Of a stretch of 64,000 nucleotides of DNA, positions 24,802 through 34,925 are shown piece by piece. The position numbers and the translations under genes are program-made. Location of the stretch: IMG/VR virus record IMGVR_UViG_3300024349_000035. One strand, 5' to 3'. The DNA comes from a virus. Within the stretch, counting starts at the first letter, position 1; every line of letters begins with the position of its first letter. Below the pieces are notes generated by a model. The model saw only the letters and a list, made by a program, of their open reading frames with translations. It had not been told where the DNA came from and ran no database searches.

Positions 24802-27800
24802 CTAATTATACATGCCATACAGATGTTCCCGCCAGATACGGCGGGAATCTGCATCGACCACTTCGGTTACACGCAGGACGGACAGCCGTGCGTCGTGAGG
24901 CCACAGGAAGCCCAAGACCTCTTCCACGTCCGGCACGTAAGGGGCAGGCTCAGGCTCCGGTTCGGGATCAAGTTCGTGATCGTCCGGTACGACCTCCGGC
25001 TCAGGCTCTACGACAGCTTCCGGTGCAGCTTCCACAGGAAGTTCCGGCGCGATCACTTCCGGCTCAGGCCAGTCCATGACCTCAACCACGATCTCCTGAT
25101 CCTCTTCCTGACCGTTCAAGTCCGTGCGCTGGATGAAGTCGCCGTGAACCTGCGCCAGATCAGCAATGCTCGTCGGCTCGAACTCGAAGTCGCGCACACA
25201 CTGAGCCTCTTCCAGTTCCGACAGCGAGAAGTCCCCACCTTCAAACACGAACCCGGCGACCCATCCGGTCAGCAGGTCGGTGTTGTTGACACGTCCCTGC
25301 ACGTACCAAATCCAGTTCGTTTCGGGGTTGTAGATGCGGTAGAGCGCCGGATTGTTCTCGCCCCGCGCCAAATCTTCCAGCGTCGGCAGCGCCGCCCATT
25401 CGTCATCCGTGAGCAGGCGGTAGCGCCCGTCCTCGTGTTCAGCGGCAGCGAAGGCTTCTTCCACCACCTGATCGACACTCGCCGGGATCAGGGCTGGAGC
25501 GTCCTCCACCCACTCCGCATCTACCGTATCCGGTTCAAGGTCGAAGGTGTCCACACGGCGCACCTTGTCCGTGAAGCCGATCCGGTAATCGTCACGCTCT
25601 TCCAGCAGGTCACGGACGTAATCCAAGAACGGGTTGTCTTCTACCTTGCTCTCAAAGAGCGCTTTGTTGTCGTCGGAGAACTGTGGCAGTTCATCCTTCA
25701 ACACCGCCTTACGGACAACCTGTGTGATGTCATCCTGACCCGCCGACAGAGCCGACAGCGCTTCACCCACATTGCCCATGACGACAGCAGCGGCCTTCAT
25801 CTTCTCAGCCATTGCCAGCGCCGCCAAAGCCTGAATGTGGTTGTCCTTCTGGCTCTGGCTCTTGCGGGGGTCTTCCCCGTATGCCCACGTGTGGATGATG
25901 ACCTTCTTGTTCTGACCAGGACGCACCACACGGCGCATCGCCTGAGCGATCACGAACAGGGAACGATGTGGCACGCCGACCAGATGCACGTGGTTGAACA
26001 TGATCAGGTTCAGACCGGTAGCGATCAGTTCGGGATTGCAAATCAGCACGTTGTAATCCCGGTCAACCGCGTCACGGATCGCCGCTTCGCGTTCATCCCG
26101 ATCACAATCGGCGTAGTCTTCCTTCTCGCACCACGTCTTGATCGTCATGTCGCTCTTGGTGGTCAGGACGAACGGCTTGAGTCCGGCTGCTTTGCACATC
26201 TTGTAGATGCTCTTCGCCGCAGGCCGCTTCTGACCAGATACGAAGATGATTGCCCTGTCGCCCAGCGCTGCGTCCTGTGCTATCCTTGCAGCGACTTCCG
26301 AGGTGAGGCGGGGGGCAGGCCAGTCCGCAGAGAACAAGCGTGCCTTGAGCCACACTTCGGTAGTCTTAACCCGGTGTTCCTCGGCGATCTTGAGATACTT
26401 GTCAGCCTCGTCCGCATTGCCTTCGACCATGTACTTCGCCGCGAGTTTCTCGTACTCTTCGACGCGCTCCCGGTCTTTGGGGTGTATCCACGTTTCATCC
26501 TGATCGGGCGCGAGTATCCAGCCGATTGCCGCCTGAATCCACGCTGACAGCTTGGACATATCACCCTTCACCGCGTCAGATGAAGCGTCCTCACGGATTT
26601 TCTTGAGAACATCCATCTCTGGCTGCACTTCGGGGTCTACCGGAACCCAGTGAAACTCGCTCACGGCAGGCGGCAGTTCGATGTTCAGGTCTGCCAAGTC
26701 CATGAAGGTCGCATACGGCAGCAGCCATTGAACGATGTCCGGCATACAGCCGTTGGCTTCGCGCTTGCTGACATGCTCCACGAACGCCTTGCCGCCGAAG
26801 CCCTTGACCCCGGCCTTGACCTTCGCCTTCTGCATGGTGATGTAGATGTCATTGACACCGTACTCGTCCACGAACTTGCTCACCTGATCGTAGCGGTACA
26901 GGCGACGGAACTCCGGTGACATGCGGTGCAGCAGGTAGAACAGGCCGGAAGCCTTGCCGTTGTAGATCGTCCCGGTCAGGCCGAGCGTCCACTTGCTGTT
27001 CGTCGCCAGCTTGCCCATGATCATGCCCCTAGAACTGTCTCCACTCTTAAAAATTTGAATCTCGTCCGCGATCAGCGCGTAGCGCCGAGCGTAGCGGGCG
27101 GCAATGTATTCCCCGATGCTGGCGCGCGCCGATCCGGTCTTGGCCTCGACCAGTTCGCCCTTCTCGAAGTCGTAGTTGGGCTTGAGGGTGAACCGACGCA
27201 CGTGCTTCCCGGTAGACAGGGCAATGGTTTCTGCCTCAAACTGCTCCATGTTGTCACCGAACCGGGTGAAGCTGAACATGGGCGTGCCGCACGCTTCATC
27301 CTTGCGGGCAGGCTGCACCACTTCCATGCTGATCGCCTGCCACTCGATATTCTTCCCGGTGCTGAGGTACTTCGTACCGGGACGGTACTCGACCATGCGC
27401 GGCGACCCATCATCATTGAACAGCGGTTCGCCCGTCTTCACGTCGATGTCCTGTACGAACTCGACGTTGGCAGGCACGCGCACTTCCACAGGAAGCACTT
27501 CCATCATGACCCGCCCCTCTTCGTCGTACTCACGCCTGGTCTGCACGGTGTTTTGACAGAACAGCTTCTGGCGGTTGGCGGGCCGCTTCTCGTAGTGGAC
27601 GAACGGATCGTCAATGATGTCGCCCTTGCTGGTTTTGATGATGTGGATGCCGCCGCAGGTCGGGCAGGTCATCACCGGTTCTTCCGCCAGCGCCCGCGAC
27701 ATGACTTCGCGCTTGTGTTCCAGCTTCGGCACAAAGCTGTACCGCCAGGGCGCACCCAACTTGGCGTGAGTCTCCGACAGGATCAGGATACCCAACCCCG

Positions 27801-29658
27801 GCGCGGCAAACAGGTCGTCAATGTCCTGATAGACCGTGCTGTAGCGGGCGAACATGGTCTTGCCGCAATGTTCGCAGTTGACCATGTTGCGGCGTTCCAG
27901 CTTGCCCTCAACCTCTTCGTGTGTCTTCCCGCTGATCTTGTTGATCGTGCCGCAATGCCCGCAGGTGATCTTCTTCTTGGACGCATCGTACCCGTAGGCA
28001 CGGTGGAAGCGTTCGACGTGACCGGGGATGACAATCGGCACATCCACGCGGTAGGCTTCTTCCAGCTTGGACAGGACAGCCTTCGCTTCGCGCGTCCAGT
28101 TATGCACCAGATGACCCGGCATCAGGATGATGATCTTCTCGCTGTCCTCACCCTTCATGATCTTGTCGATGCGGTTTTGCAGTTTCATGATCAGAGTGGA
28201 CATGGCAATCGACGTTTTGCCTGATCCCATCTCAGCGATTACGGCGGCGTACTTGTTGTTGGTTAGGTGGAACGCGGCAGCGCTGGCGTGCAGGAACTGA
28301 GCGGGCAGGGGCAGGCGGTACACGTGCGAAATATCTTCCAGCGTGCAGCCGACCACGCGCCCATCATCCAGCTTCACCGCCGTTGGGACACGTTCGCCGT
28401 TCTCGTTCTTCTTCACATCGGCTACCGTCGCCTTCGTGCCATCTGCCATACGCACGCGGGTCAGGTTCGACACCACACCGGGCGAACCGATCCACCCGGC
28501 AATATCAAGGAACTTCGGCGCGTGCTTGGTCACTTTGAATTGTGGCGGGAAATCGCGGTGGATCGTGTCACGGAACACGTCCAGATGACGCATCACGAAA
28601 TCGGTCATGACACCCGGTTCTTTGGTGCTGAACGTATGCACCTTCCCGTCATCGATGTTCATGGCGTTGATGGTGATGACAGGCTGCTCATGCACCACGA
28701 ACTTCTGCTCTTCCCCGTCATTCACGCGCTCAGGGGTAGAGCGTTCTTTGGTGCTGCTCCCGGTGATGATCAGGTTGCCCAGTTCAGGGTCACGCATGGT
28801 CATGGAGTCCATCATGCCGCCCGCGATCAGATTGGCGGTATGCCCATCCCGCAGTTCGTCAAGGATCGGCTGACGCTCCGCGAACGTGCGCGGGACGATC
28901 AACTGATTCCACTCGCCTGATGCGGTCACGCCGAACTCATCCAGCGCCTTGAGCGCCGTGCTGAGATCAGGCATGGCGACAATGAACTTCTCTACCGCCC
29001 GCTCGACAGCCGGAACCATGAACGGCGCGACCTCTGCCAGCGCCAGCGTCGGGTAATCCTTCTTCTCCAGCGACTGATCCCACGACGAGATGTTGCGCTC
29101 ACGCTTGCGCCCGAAGACGATGACCTCATCGTACTTGCTGTACTCTTGGGGGACGTAGAACTGCCCCAACCACTCGTAAATCTGCGTGAACTCGTAGGAC
29201 GTGGTACGCTTCGACGCATGGGCATGGGTCGTCACGAAGATGACCACGCCACCCGTCTTAACCCACTTGCTCGTAAAGTCCAGCCAGCGGAGTTCTTCAT
29301 TCCCGTCATTGTCGAACGGCGGGTTGAGGTAGAGGACGCTCAGGGAGTGCGCCGAGATATGGGCGAACTCAGCCGCGCCGCACAAGAACCGGGATTTGCC
29401 CTTCCCGGTTTCGTCGGTGAAGCGCTTGAGCATCTTCCGGTGACGCTCCGACGACAGTTCAATCCCGTAGGGGATAACCTTCTTGTGCTTCGCCGCCAGC
29501 GCCAGCGTCAGGTGATAGAGCATCTCGCCCTCACCCGCGCACAGGTCGGCAATCGTGATCGTACCTTCCGGTTGCAGGAACAGTTGCGAGGCAATCAGCG
29601 GTGCAACGGCGGAGTTCATCGGGTAATAGCCGAGGTTCGCTCTTCCTTGATCGCGCAT
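24802..29658 (-). CDS. N6-adenine-type DNA methyltransferase fused to SNF2-like helicase, with Zn ribbons and a DUF2958-like C-terminal domain
   Basis: MTase motif I DLCAGEG and motif IV NPPF; helicase AEMGSGKT, DEIQ, GLTGT, ATGLNL, QAMRRVVRPGQ; CGHC/CEHC/CPTC; NPETNWIWYV...EGGDFSLSELEE near 25200-25360. Confidence 0.85.
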   Translation of the reverse strand: MRDQGRANLGYYPMNSAVAPLIASQLFLQPEGTITIADLCAGEGEMLYHLTLALAAKHKKVIPYGIELSSERHRKMLKRFTDETGKGKSRFLCGAAEFAHISAHSLSVLYLNPPFDNDGNEELRWLDFTSKWVKTGGVVIFVTTHAHASKRTTSYEFTQIYEWLGQFYVPQEYSKYDEVIVFGRKRERNISSWDQSLEKKDYPTLALAEVAPFMVPAVERAVEKFIVAMPDLSTALKALDEFGVTASGEWNQLIVPRTFAERQPILDELRDGHTANLIAGGMMDSMTMRDPELGNLIITGSSTKERSTPERVNDGEEQKFVVHEQPVITINAMNIDDGKVHTFSTKEPGVMTDFVMRHLDVFRDTIHRDFPPQFKVTKHAPKFLDIAGWIGSPGVVSNLTRVRMADGTKATVADVKKNENGERVPTAVKLDDGRVVGCTLEDISHVYRLPLPAQFLHASAAAFHLTNNKYAAVIAEMGSGKTSIAMSTLIMKLQNRIDKIMKGEDSEKIIILMPGHLVHNWTREAKAVLSKLEEAYRVDVPIVIPGHVERFHRAYGYDASKKKITCGHCGTINKISGKTHEEVEGKLERRNMVNCEHCGKTMFARYSTVYQDIDDLFAAPGLGILILSETHAKLGAPWRYSFVPKLEHKREVMSRALAEEPVMTCPTCGGIHIIKTSKGDIIDDPFVHYEKRPANRQKLFCQNTVQTRREYDEEGRVMMEVLPVEVRVPANVEFVQDIDVKTGEPLFNDDGSPRMVEYRPGTKYLSTGKNIEWQAISMEVVQPARKDEACGTPMFSFTRFGDNMEQFEAETIALSTGKHVRRFTLKPNYDFEKGELVEAKTGSARASIGEYIAARYARRYALIADEIQIFKSGDSSRGMIMGKLATNSKWTLGLTGTIYNGKASGLFYLLHRMSPEFRRLYRYDQVSKFVDEYGVNDIYITMQKAKVKAGVKGFGGKAFVEHVSKREANGCMPDIVQWLLPYATFMDLADLNIELPPAVSEFHWVPVDPEVQPEMDVLKKIREDASSDAVKGDMSKLSAWIQAAIGWILAPDQDETWIHPKDRERVEEYEKLAAKYMVEGNADEADKYLKIAEEHRVKTTEVWLKARLFSADWPAPRLTSEVAARIAQDAALGDRAIIFVSGQKRPAAKSIYKMCKAAGLKPFVLTTKSDMTIKTWCEKEDYADCDRDEREAAIRDAVDRDYNVLICNPELIATGLNLIMFNHVHLVGVPHRSLFVIAQAMRRVVRPGQNKKVIIHTWAYGEDPRKSQSQKDNHIQALAALAMAEKMKAAAVVMGNVGEALSALSAGQDDITQVVRKAVLKDELPQFSDDNKALFESKVEDNPFLDYVRDLLEERDDYRIGFTDKVRRVDTFDLEPDTVDAEWVEDAPALIPASVDQVVEEAFAAAEHEDGRYRLLTDDEWAALPTLEDLARGENNPALYRIYNPETNWIWYVQGRVNNTDLLTGWVAGFVFEGGDFSLSELEEAQCVRDFEFEPTSIADLAQVHGDFIQRTDLNGQEEDQEIVVEVMDWPEPEVIAPELPVEAAPEAVVEPEPEVVPDDHELDPEPEPEPAPYVPDVEEVLGFLWPHDARLSVLRVTEVVDADSRRIWREHLYGMYN

Positions 29659-29663
29659 AGTTG

Positions 29664-29846
29664 TTACGCTCCTTTCAACACATACATGAGGGATAAACCA
29701 GCCATGAGGGAGAAGCCGACCAGCGCCGCGAATGCCTTGAGGTAACGGCGCGGGTCGTGGGAATAGGCGGCATCGCTGAGATCAGCGAGTGCCGCGAACA
29801 GGCCGACAGCAGCCACGATGAAGACAATCAGGCTGTAATACGCCAC
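29664..29846 (-). CDS. small membrane protein (2 TM)
   Basis: Two hydrophobic helices. Confidence 0.55.
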   Translation of the reverse strand: MAYYSLIVFIVAAVGLFAALADLSDAAYSHDPRRYLKAFAALVGFSLMAGLSLMYVLKGA

Positions 29847-29855
29847 AGTAAACCT

Positions 29856-30578
29856 CTAGAACTTGATGTGCTTTGCCCGGTTGGGATTGTTGGTGATATA
29901 CGTGCGCCAATTCCTATCGGCAGCATCGCAGACCAACTTGTACGCCCCGGTTTCGATGCGCGGCTGCGCGTTGACCTCATACAGTTCGGGCGACACGTGA
30001 CCGGGATACCATTGCATCATCCAGCTTGGCGCACTCTTGAACAGGTAGGGCATCCACGTAGGATGTACCGGGATGCTCAGACGGTTCTTGAGCGCCACGA
30101 AAATCCGGTACAGGTCTTCGCACCAGAGCGGGCGGGGATACTCAGGGGCGCGGGCGTGCTGTACGAAATCTACCCATTCCAGTTCACGTGCCTCGAAGTC
30201 CTGCTTGCCGAACTCAATCTTCTCGCGCACCAGCACGTAGCACGTGTCCTGCATGTTGGACGTGTTCTGATCCGCGTCCTTGTGGATGATCCGCCCTTCG
30301 TACAGGTGGGTCTTGCCCAGGCGGATCGGCATGATGCGACGGTAGTTGTCGTGGGGCAGCGTGAAACCCGACTCATAGCCGGTGCTGTTCTTGCCAGAGA
30401 TGGTGAACGCATGGCTAGAAGCCTTCGGCCCCTGATTGTATTTGAGCATAGCCCGCGCCATCATCTGATTGACAGCGGCTTTCGCACCGATCAGGCTGAT
30501 CATGATCGGTGTGCGGTAGTTCTCCTCGATCAGCACAGACACAATGGCCTTCGCGTCACCGGAAGATGCTTGCAGCAT
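29856..30578 (-). CDS. hypothetical protein
   Basis: 240 aa, GGAG RBS; co-transcribed upstream of the MTase-helicase. Confidence 0.65.
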   Translation of the reverse strand: MLQASSGDAKAIVSVLIEENYRTPIMISLIGAKAAVNQMMARAMLKYNQGPKASSHAFTISGKNSTGYESGFTLPHDNYRRIMPIRLGKTHLYEGRIIHKDADQNTSNMQDTCYVLVREKIEFGKQDFEARELEWVDFVQHARAPEYPRPLWCEDLYRIFVALKNRLSIPVHPTWMPYLFKSAPSWMMQWYPGHVSPELYEVNAQPRIETGAYKLVCDAADRNWRTYITNNPNRAKHIKF

Positions 30579-30580
30579 GA

Positions 30581-31072
30581 TTACTTCGCTCCTTTCGCTA
30601 CACAGTCAGGGCAATAGCGGGTGTCGATATGACCCTGCGGGACTTCCATATCGATCAGTTCATGCGGCGCGAACAGGCGGTTGCATTTGTGGTTGCTGCA
30701 CATGGCAGGCAGGTACAACCCGGTAATCACCTTCACGTCCTGATACTCCGCAACCTCAAAGCGAATCCACGCCTTGCGCTGCATCAGCCAGTCCAAGCGC
30801 TTCTGTAGACCGTCGCCGGAAATCTCTTCCACGTCGCCGTTCATGAGAATCTTGTAGCCCGTATAGCTGTCCATATCGCGGGTGTTCCAGACCAGTTCCG
30901 CGACGGGGATTTTGGTTTCCCGATCCGGCATGGGTTCGTCGGGCAGATCAGCCGGGGGCTTGATCGGGCAGATCATCTTGCTGGCGGACAGGTCGTACTT
31001 ATGCCAGCCCCAACGCACGCCACCCGACACGGAATACGGCAGAGAAATGACTTGCTGTGCGACTTGTTGCAT
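30581..31072 (-). CDS. hypothetical protein with C-terminal Zn finger
   Basis: CSNHKC...YCPDC; start MQQVAQQ after GGAGG. Confidence 0.65.
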   Translation of the reverse strand: MQQVAQQVISLPYSVSGGVRWGWHKYDLSASKMICPIKPPADLPDEPMPDRETKIPVAELVWNTRDMDSYTGYKILMNGDVEEISGDGLQKRLDWLMQRKAWIRFEVAEYQDVKVITGLYLPAMCSNHKCNRLFAPHELIDMEVPQGHIDTRYCPDCVAKGAK

Positions 31073-31088
31073 GTGATACCTCCTGTGG

Positions 31089-31286
31089 TTAGTACCAGAA
31101 CCGACTATGGGGATTGTTGGCGCGTTCAAAGCGCCGATATTCATCACTGGCGAGAGTCTCAGCGCGTAGACCACTCAGCCATTCTTCGCGCTCGTTCTGG
31201 ATGCGTTCCAGCCGATCCAGTTCCGCATTGCGCAATTGCCGCTTGAGGTCGTCGTCTTGATGCTCGACGGTAGGTAGATACATCAT
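31089..31286 (-). CDS. hypothetical protein
   Basis: GGAGG RBS; 65 aa. Confidence 0.55.
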   Translation of the reverse strand: MMYLPTVEHQDDDLKRQLRNAELDRLERIQNEREEWLSGLRAETLASDEYRRFERANNPHSRFWY

Positions 31287-31368
31287 GGGGATACCTCCAT
31301 CTATGACACGAAACGGGCGTTAGGTTTGCACAGCTAACGCCCGTCAATGCGATCAGAAGCGAGTCAGG

Positions 31369-31815
31369 CTAGAAGGGGTACTTCTCGTCCTCGACCTGTT
31401 CCCCGCCTTCCTGCTCGGTGATGTCTTCCTGCGGCAGCGGCTTCTTGTTTCCTGTAGAAGCGGCAGCGCCTTCTTCACCCTTACGCGGCAGGGCGATGTC
31501 CATAGCCGTGATCTGCAAGCTGGCGCTCGTTTCGCCCGTCTTCTTGCTGGTGAACAGGTTCAGGCTGTCCAGCTTGCCGATGACCGTCACCTGCTGGCCC
31601 TTCTTCAAATACTGGCTGAGAGCCTCAGCGCGTTCACGCCAGATGCTGACCTTGCACCAGAAGGTCTTGGCTTCGTCGCCGTTCTGGAAGGTGGTGCTGA
31701 ACGACAGCACGGCGATCCCCTGTGGCGTGTACTTGAACTCCGGCTCGGTCAATACCGTGCAGACCATCGTGAGCGAATTGGTGGTGTAATACTTCTTGCC
31801 CTGATTGTTTGCCAT
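31369..31815 (-). CDS. ssb: single-stranded DNA-binding protein
   Basis: PEFKYTPQGIAVLSFS, WCKVSIW, YLKKGQQVTVIGKL OB-fold pattern; acidic tail ending in EKYPF. Confidence 0.92.
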   Translation of the reverse strand: MANNQGKKYYTTNSLTMVCTVLTEPEFKYTPQGIAVLSFSTTFQNGDEAKTFWCKVSIWRERAEALSQYLKKGQQVTVIGKLDSLNLFTSKKTGETSASLQITAMDIALPRKGEEGAAASTGNKKPLPQEDITEQEGGEQVEDEKYPF

Positions 31816-31874
31816 TTGAACACTCTCCTTATGCTATATGCGGATACTGGAAATTGGTACGTGAAATTAGAATA

Positions 31875-31914
31875 GCTCATCTAACATTGTACCAAAAAAG
31901 TGTTAGATGAGCAA
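31875..31914 (-). promoter_or_regulatory. promoter overlapped by a 12-bp inverted-repeat operator
   Basis: TTGCTC-17 nt-TACAAT; GCTCATCTAACA (31875-31886) and TGTTAGATGAGC (31901-31912). Confidence 0.7.
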
Positions 31915-31920
31915 GTCCGG

Positions 31921-32517
31921 CTACTGGATGCTGTAGGTCATCTCCCGCAGCGCCAGCCGATCTTCTGCCCACAACCGATGCTCCCGGCGCACGTGTTCCG
32001 TCACGTCACTGGTGAACGTGACCCGGTAAATGGCGAACCCGTCCTTGTTGAGAACGAAGTGTGCGGTGTAGACGATCTCGCTGGTGTTGACGTGTTCAAC
32101 GCATACCGTCCGGCGATTGATCCATGCAGCTTCGCGGGCAGCGTCTTTCGCCTCATCCAGCGTGCTGTATTCACCGCCGATCTCTTCCTGCTGCGTTTCA
32201 TCAACCAGCATGTAGAGCGCTTCATCGTCATCGGGGAAGACCATGATTGCGGCTTCCTGCGGTGTGCAGACCAGCACGTTGCCGAACAGCGGGCCAATGC
32301 CGCAGGTTAGACTTGCGGCTTTGTTGTACGGCTTGCCCCGCAGCGCTGCATCTTCATCGACCACAAACACCCGGCCTTCGATGGGGAAGCAGGCCACATA
32401 ACCGCTCACGTAGCCCTGCAATTCAACCATCGTGAACTTGCCATCATCCTGAGCAGGCGTGATCGTCAGCGTCTGCTCTACCCCGTTCTGCGTGTCAACC
32501 ATATACCAATCAGCCAT
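31921..32517 (-). CDS. hypothetical protein
   Basis: Start MADWYMV; includes YSTLDEAKDAA. Confidence 0.65.
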   Translation of the reverse strand: MADWYMVDTQNGVEQTLTITPAQDDGKFTMVELQGYVSGYVACFPIEGRVFVVDEDAALRGKPYNKAASLTCGIGPLFGNVLVCTPQEAAIMVFPDDDEALYMLVDETQQEEIGGEYSTLDEAKDAAREAAWINRRTVCVEHVNTSEIVYTAHFVLNKDGFAIYRVTFTSDVTEHVRREHRLWAEDRLALREMTYSIQ

Positions 32518-32548
32518 TTGTGCTATACCTTTCTGCTTCCTGTGGAAG

Positions 32549-32917
32549 CTATTGCTGGACGTAGCTGCTAAAGACAGCTTTCCAGATGATCTCCAGTTCG
32601 CCCCACATGCCCCACCAGTCACCGGCCTTGACGAAGTTCAGCAGCTTGCGGGTCACGTTGTCGCCAAACGTGCAGTCCCTGAGTTCTTCGATGTCCGTGT
32701 TGACGGTCAGCCAGCCATGCGCGTTGTCTGCCAGTTCAAGCGTCATGGCCTGATTCGTGCCGATGTCGAAGCTGTAGGCCGGGACATACAGGATCAGCGC
32801 GTTCTGGTTCAAATCATCGGTAGGCGATACGACGAACTCAACGCACAGGCTGACCTCAGTCCCCCACCCGATCTTCGGTTCACGCAGTTCCGCGTCGATG
32901 TGTGTCAGGTGGTTCAT
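32549..32917 (-). CDS. hypothetical protein
   Basis: ATGA overlap with the upstream stop. Confidence 0.6.
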   Translation of the reverse strand: MNHLTHIDAELREPKIGWGTEVSLCVEFVVSPTDDLNQNALILYVPAYSFDIGTNQAMTLELADNAHGWLTVNTDIEELRDCTFGDNVTRKLLNFVKAGDWWGMWGELEIIWKAVFSSYVQQ

Positions 32918-33327
32918 GACTTCTTCTGCTCCCACGCCAGCGCCCCGGCCTCATGGATGAACTCAAGGTCGTAGATCGTCCTGAGAACGTTCCAGAACTT
33001 CATCATGCTGGCGTTCATGCGGAGCATCTCTACTGCGACCTCTGACAGCGTATCGGCGGCTGTCCCCATGTCGAAGATGCCGCTGTCATCAACGTAGTGC
33101 GCGCCCGCAAAGCCGATCTCAACCTCATCCTGATTGACCAGCCCGAATTCGCCTACATTGGTGTTCATGCTCAGGATCATTACCTCGTCGCACGTCGCCC
33201 GCACCACCACAGCGTCCGTGCCGATCTCGTAGCGGAACTCAACCTCTACCCCATGATTGCCATTGGGATGTACCCGCACGATCCGCTTTGCCTGCTGGTG
33301 GTTCACTTCTCGTTTCGCTTCTGCCAT
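32914..33327 (-). CDS. hypothetical protein
   Basis: GGAGG RBS; acidic 137 aa. Confidence 0.65.
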   Translation of the reverse strand: MAEAKREVNHQQAKRIVRVHPNGNHGVEVEFRYEIGTDAVVVRATCDEVMILSMNTNVGEFGLVNQDEVEIGFAGAHYVDDSGIFDMGTAADTLSEVAVEMLRMNASMMKFWNVLRTIYDLEFIHEAGALAWEQKKS

Positions 33328-33608
33328 ATCTGTGTCATCCTCCGTTTCTTCCTACGTTCAAGAATGTCCTTGCGGTTACGTTCGTAATATGCACGGTTCC
33401 GCGCCCGCGCCTGTGTCAAATTCGCTTGATAATCACCTTCCCGCCGATCTTCATTCTGCGTGGCGGTACACATCTTACATTCGCTGCGGTATCTGCCCGT
33501 CTTTCCGCGTCGGTAGAACCATTTGACTTCCCACCACAATCCACAGCGGGAGCAGCGTAGCTCAAGCGTCCCGTCAGACCGGGTACGCTGTGGTCTTTTG
33601 AGGGTCAC
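33303..33608 (-). CDS. Zn-finger protein
   Basis: RCSRCG...FYRR...RSECKMC followed by a basic helix, as seen N-terminal to phage endonucleases. Confidence 0.6.
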   Translation of the reverse strand: MTLKRPQRTRSDGTLELRCSRCGLWWEVKWFYRRGKTGRYRSECKMCTATQNEDRREGDYQANLTQARARNRAYYERNRKDILERRKKRRMTQIWQKRNEK

Positions 33609-33831
33609 GCTTGGCTAATGCCGAATATCTGAACCGTGCGACAAACGCCCCCCATAGATACGCTTGTCGTAGGATTTGCCACACCGTACCCCGCAGTTCA
33701 TACGGGATCGGCTGGCCTTGCACGCACGCTTTCACCGTGAGTCCGGTGAATGTCGGGACTTCCCGATCATCCAGCTTGCCCAGGCTGAACGCACGCATGA
33801 TGAGTTCTTCCAACTGCTCAGATGTCATCAA
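33574..33831 (-). CDS. hypothetical protein
   Basis: Overlaps the upstream stop. Confidence 0.55.
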   Translation of the reverse strand: MMTSEQLEELIMRAFSLGKLDDREVPTFTGLTVKACVQGQPIPYELRGTVWQILRQAYLWGAFVARFRYSALAKRDPQKTTAYPV

Positions 33832-34205
33832 TCAACCTTCCATTGGATAACGATAGGTGTTTCGACGGAGTGCAGCAGCGAACCGTAGGTAGAGAGCATG
33901 GCACGCTGGATCACTATCTGTTCATCGATCAGATCAAGGTGTGTTGCCGCCGTGCCTGCGAATACGCGCACAAGGATCAGGCCGTTGGGATAGAGGTTGT
34001 GCTTGCGTATCACGCTCACGGCACAGGCAATGTTGCGCTGCACAAGCTGAATCTCGACGCGCTCATGCTCTACCGGGCGCACGGACTTCCAGCCATCGTA
34101 GAAGTCGCCCGTAGGGATAGGCGACTTCCCCATAAGATAGGAGCGAAGGGCGAATGAGCGCCCTTCCTCGAACCTGATCTCTGCCTGCGTCGGCGTGAGT
34201 TCCAT
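33828..34205 (-). CDS. hypothetical protein
   Basis: TAATG overlap with the upstream stop. Confidence 0.55.
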   Translation of the reverse strand: MELTPTQAEIRFEEGRSFALRSYLMGKSPIPTGDFYDGWKSVRPVEHERVEIQLVQRNIACAVSVIRKHNLYPNGLILVRVFAGTAATHLDLIDEQIVIQRAMLSTYGSLLHSVETPIVIQWKVD

Positions 34206-34831
34206 TAGTTGAGATACCCATCTTCGTCCTTCGGGATGATGATGAATGGCGGGCGTTGTTCATCATCCTGCTGATCATCTTCCTGTTGCGCTTTGCCCAT
34301 CAGGATGTTGTCCAGCGCACCACGAATCGCGCCGAGCAGGTCATTCAGTTCGGCCTCGTTGTATTCGTAGTTGATGGTCACGGTGAAGCCTTCCTTGCCC
34401 TTGCCCGTAACCTTCAGCTTGCCGCCTTTGATCATCTGCGGCGGCACAGGCAGCAGTTGGAGCGCCGCATCGATCACGTAGCTGCTGATCCACGTATCGC
34501 TATCCTGATCGCCGTATTTGGCTGCGGCCTCAACGATAGAGGCGAAGGCGGTGTGCATGAATGTTGCGAAATTGAGCGGCTGTTGCAGTTCCATGAACGC
34601 TTCCTTGAGCGCTTCGCCCATTAATGGCAGAGAGTTATCAATCTGGCGGAAGATCGTGCCGAGCATCGCCATCCGGCGATCCGCCTCACTCATTTGCTCT
34701 ACCTCAGCACGGAACATCTCAAGGTCAACTTCTACCCCGTCGAAATGCAATCCATCTTCCGCCCGCCGTGCGCTTTCGTAGCCTGCACGGAACGCCGCGT
34801 TCTTCATGAGTTCGCTCTGATCAAAGTGCAT
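34205..34831 (-). CDS. hypothetical protein
   Basis: GGAGG RBS; first gene after the promoter at 34876-34904. Confidence 0.7.
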   Translation of the reverse strand: MHFDQSELMKNAAFRAGYESARRAEDGLHFDGVEVDLEMFRAEVEQMSEADRRMAMLGTIFRQIDNSLPLMGEALKEAFMELQQPLNFATFMHTAFASIVEAAAKYGDQDSDTWISSYVIDAALQLLPVPPQMIKGGKLKVTGKGKEGFTVTINYEYNEAELNDLLGAIRGALDNILMGKAQQEDDQQDDEQRPPFIIIPKDEDGYLN

Positions 34832-34870
34832 CGGGTGTTCACCTCCTGTGTGTGAAAATATGTGAAGATA

Positions 34871-34925
34871 GTTAGATTATCTATCCTAACGTCAATTTTG
34901 TCAAGGTTAGGTCTGGTCAGCTAAC
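34871..34925 (-). promoter_or_regulatory. sigma70-type promoter flanked by four GTTAG/CTAAC boxes
   Basis: TTGACA (34899-34904)-17 nt-GATAAT; boxes at 34871, 34886, 34906, 34921. Confidence 0.7.

Noticed and set aside
26900-28100. Intein in the helicase insertion
   Set aside because: No C/S start with HN-C/S/T end; the insertion is Zn-ribbon rich.
24823-29745. Long plus-strand ORFs (574, 432, 217, 199 aa) opposite the MTase-helicase
   Set aside because: Antisense shadows of a GC3-rich gene; no motifs or RBS.
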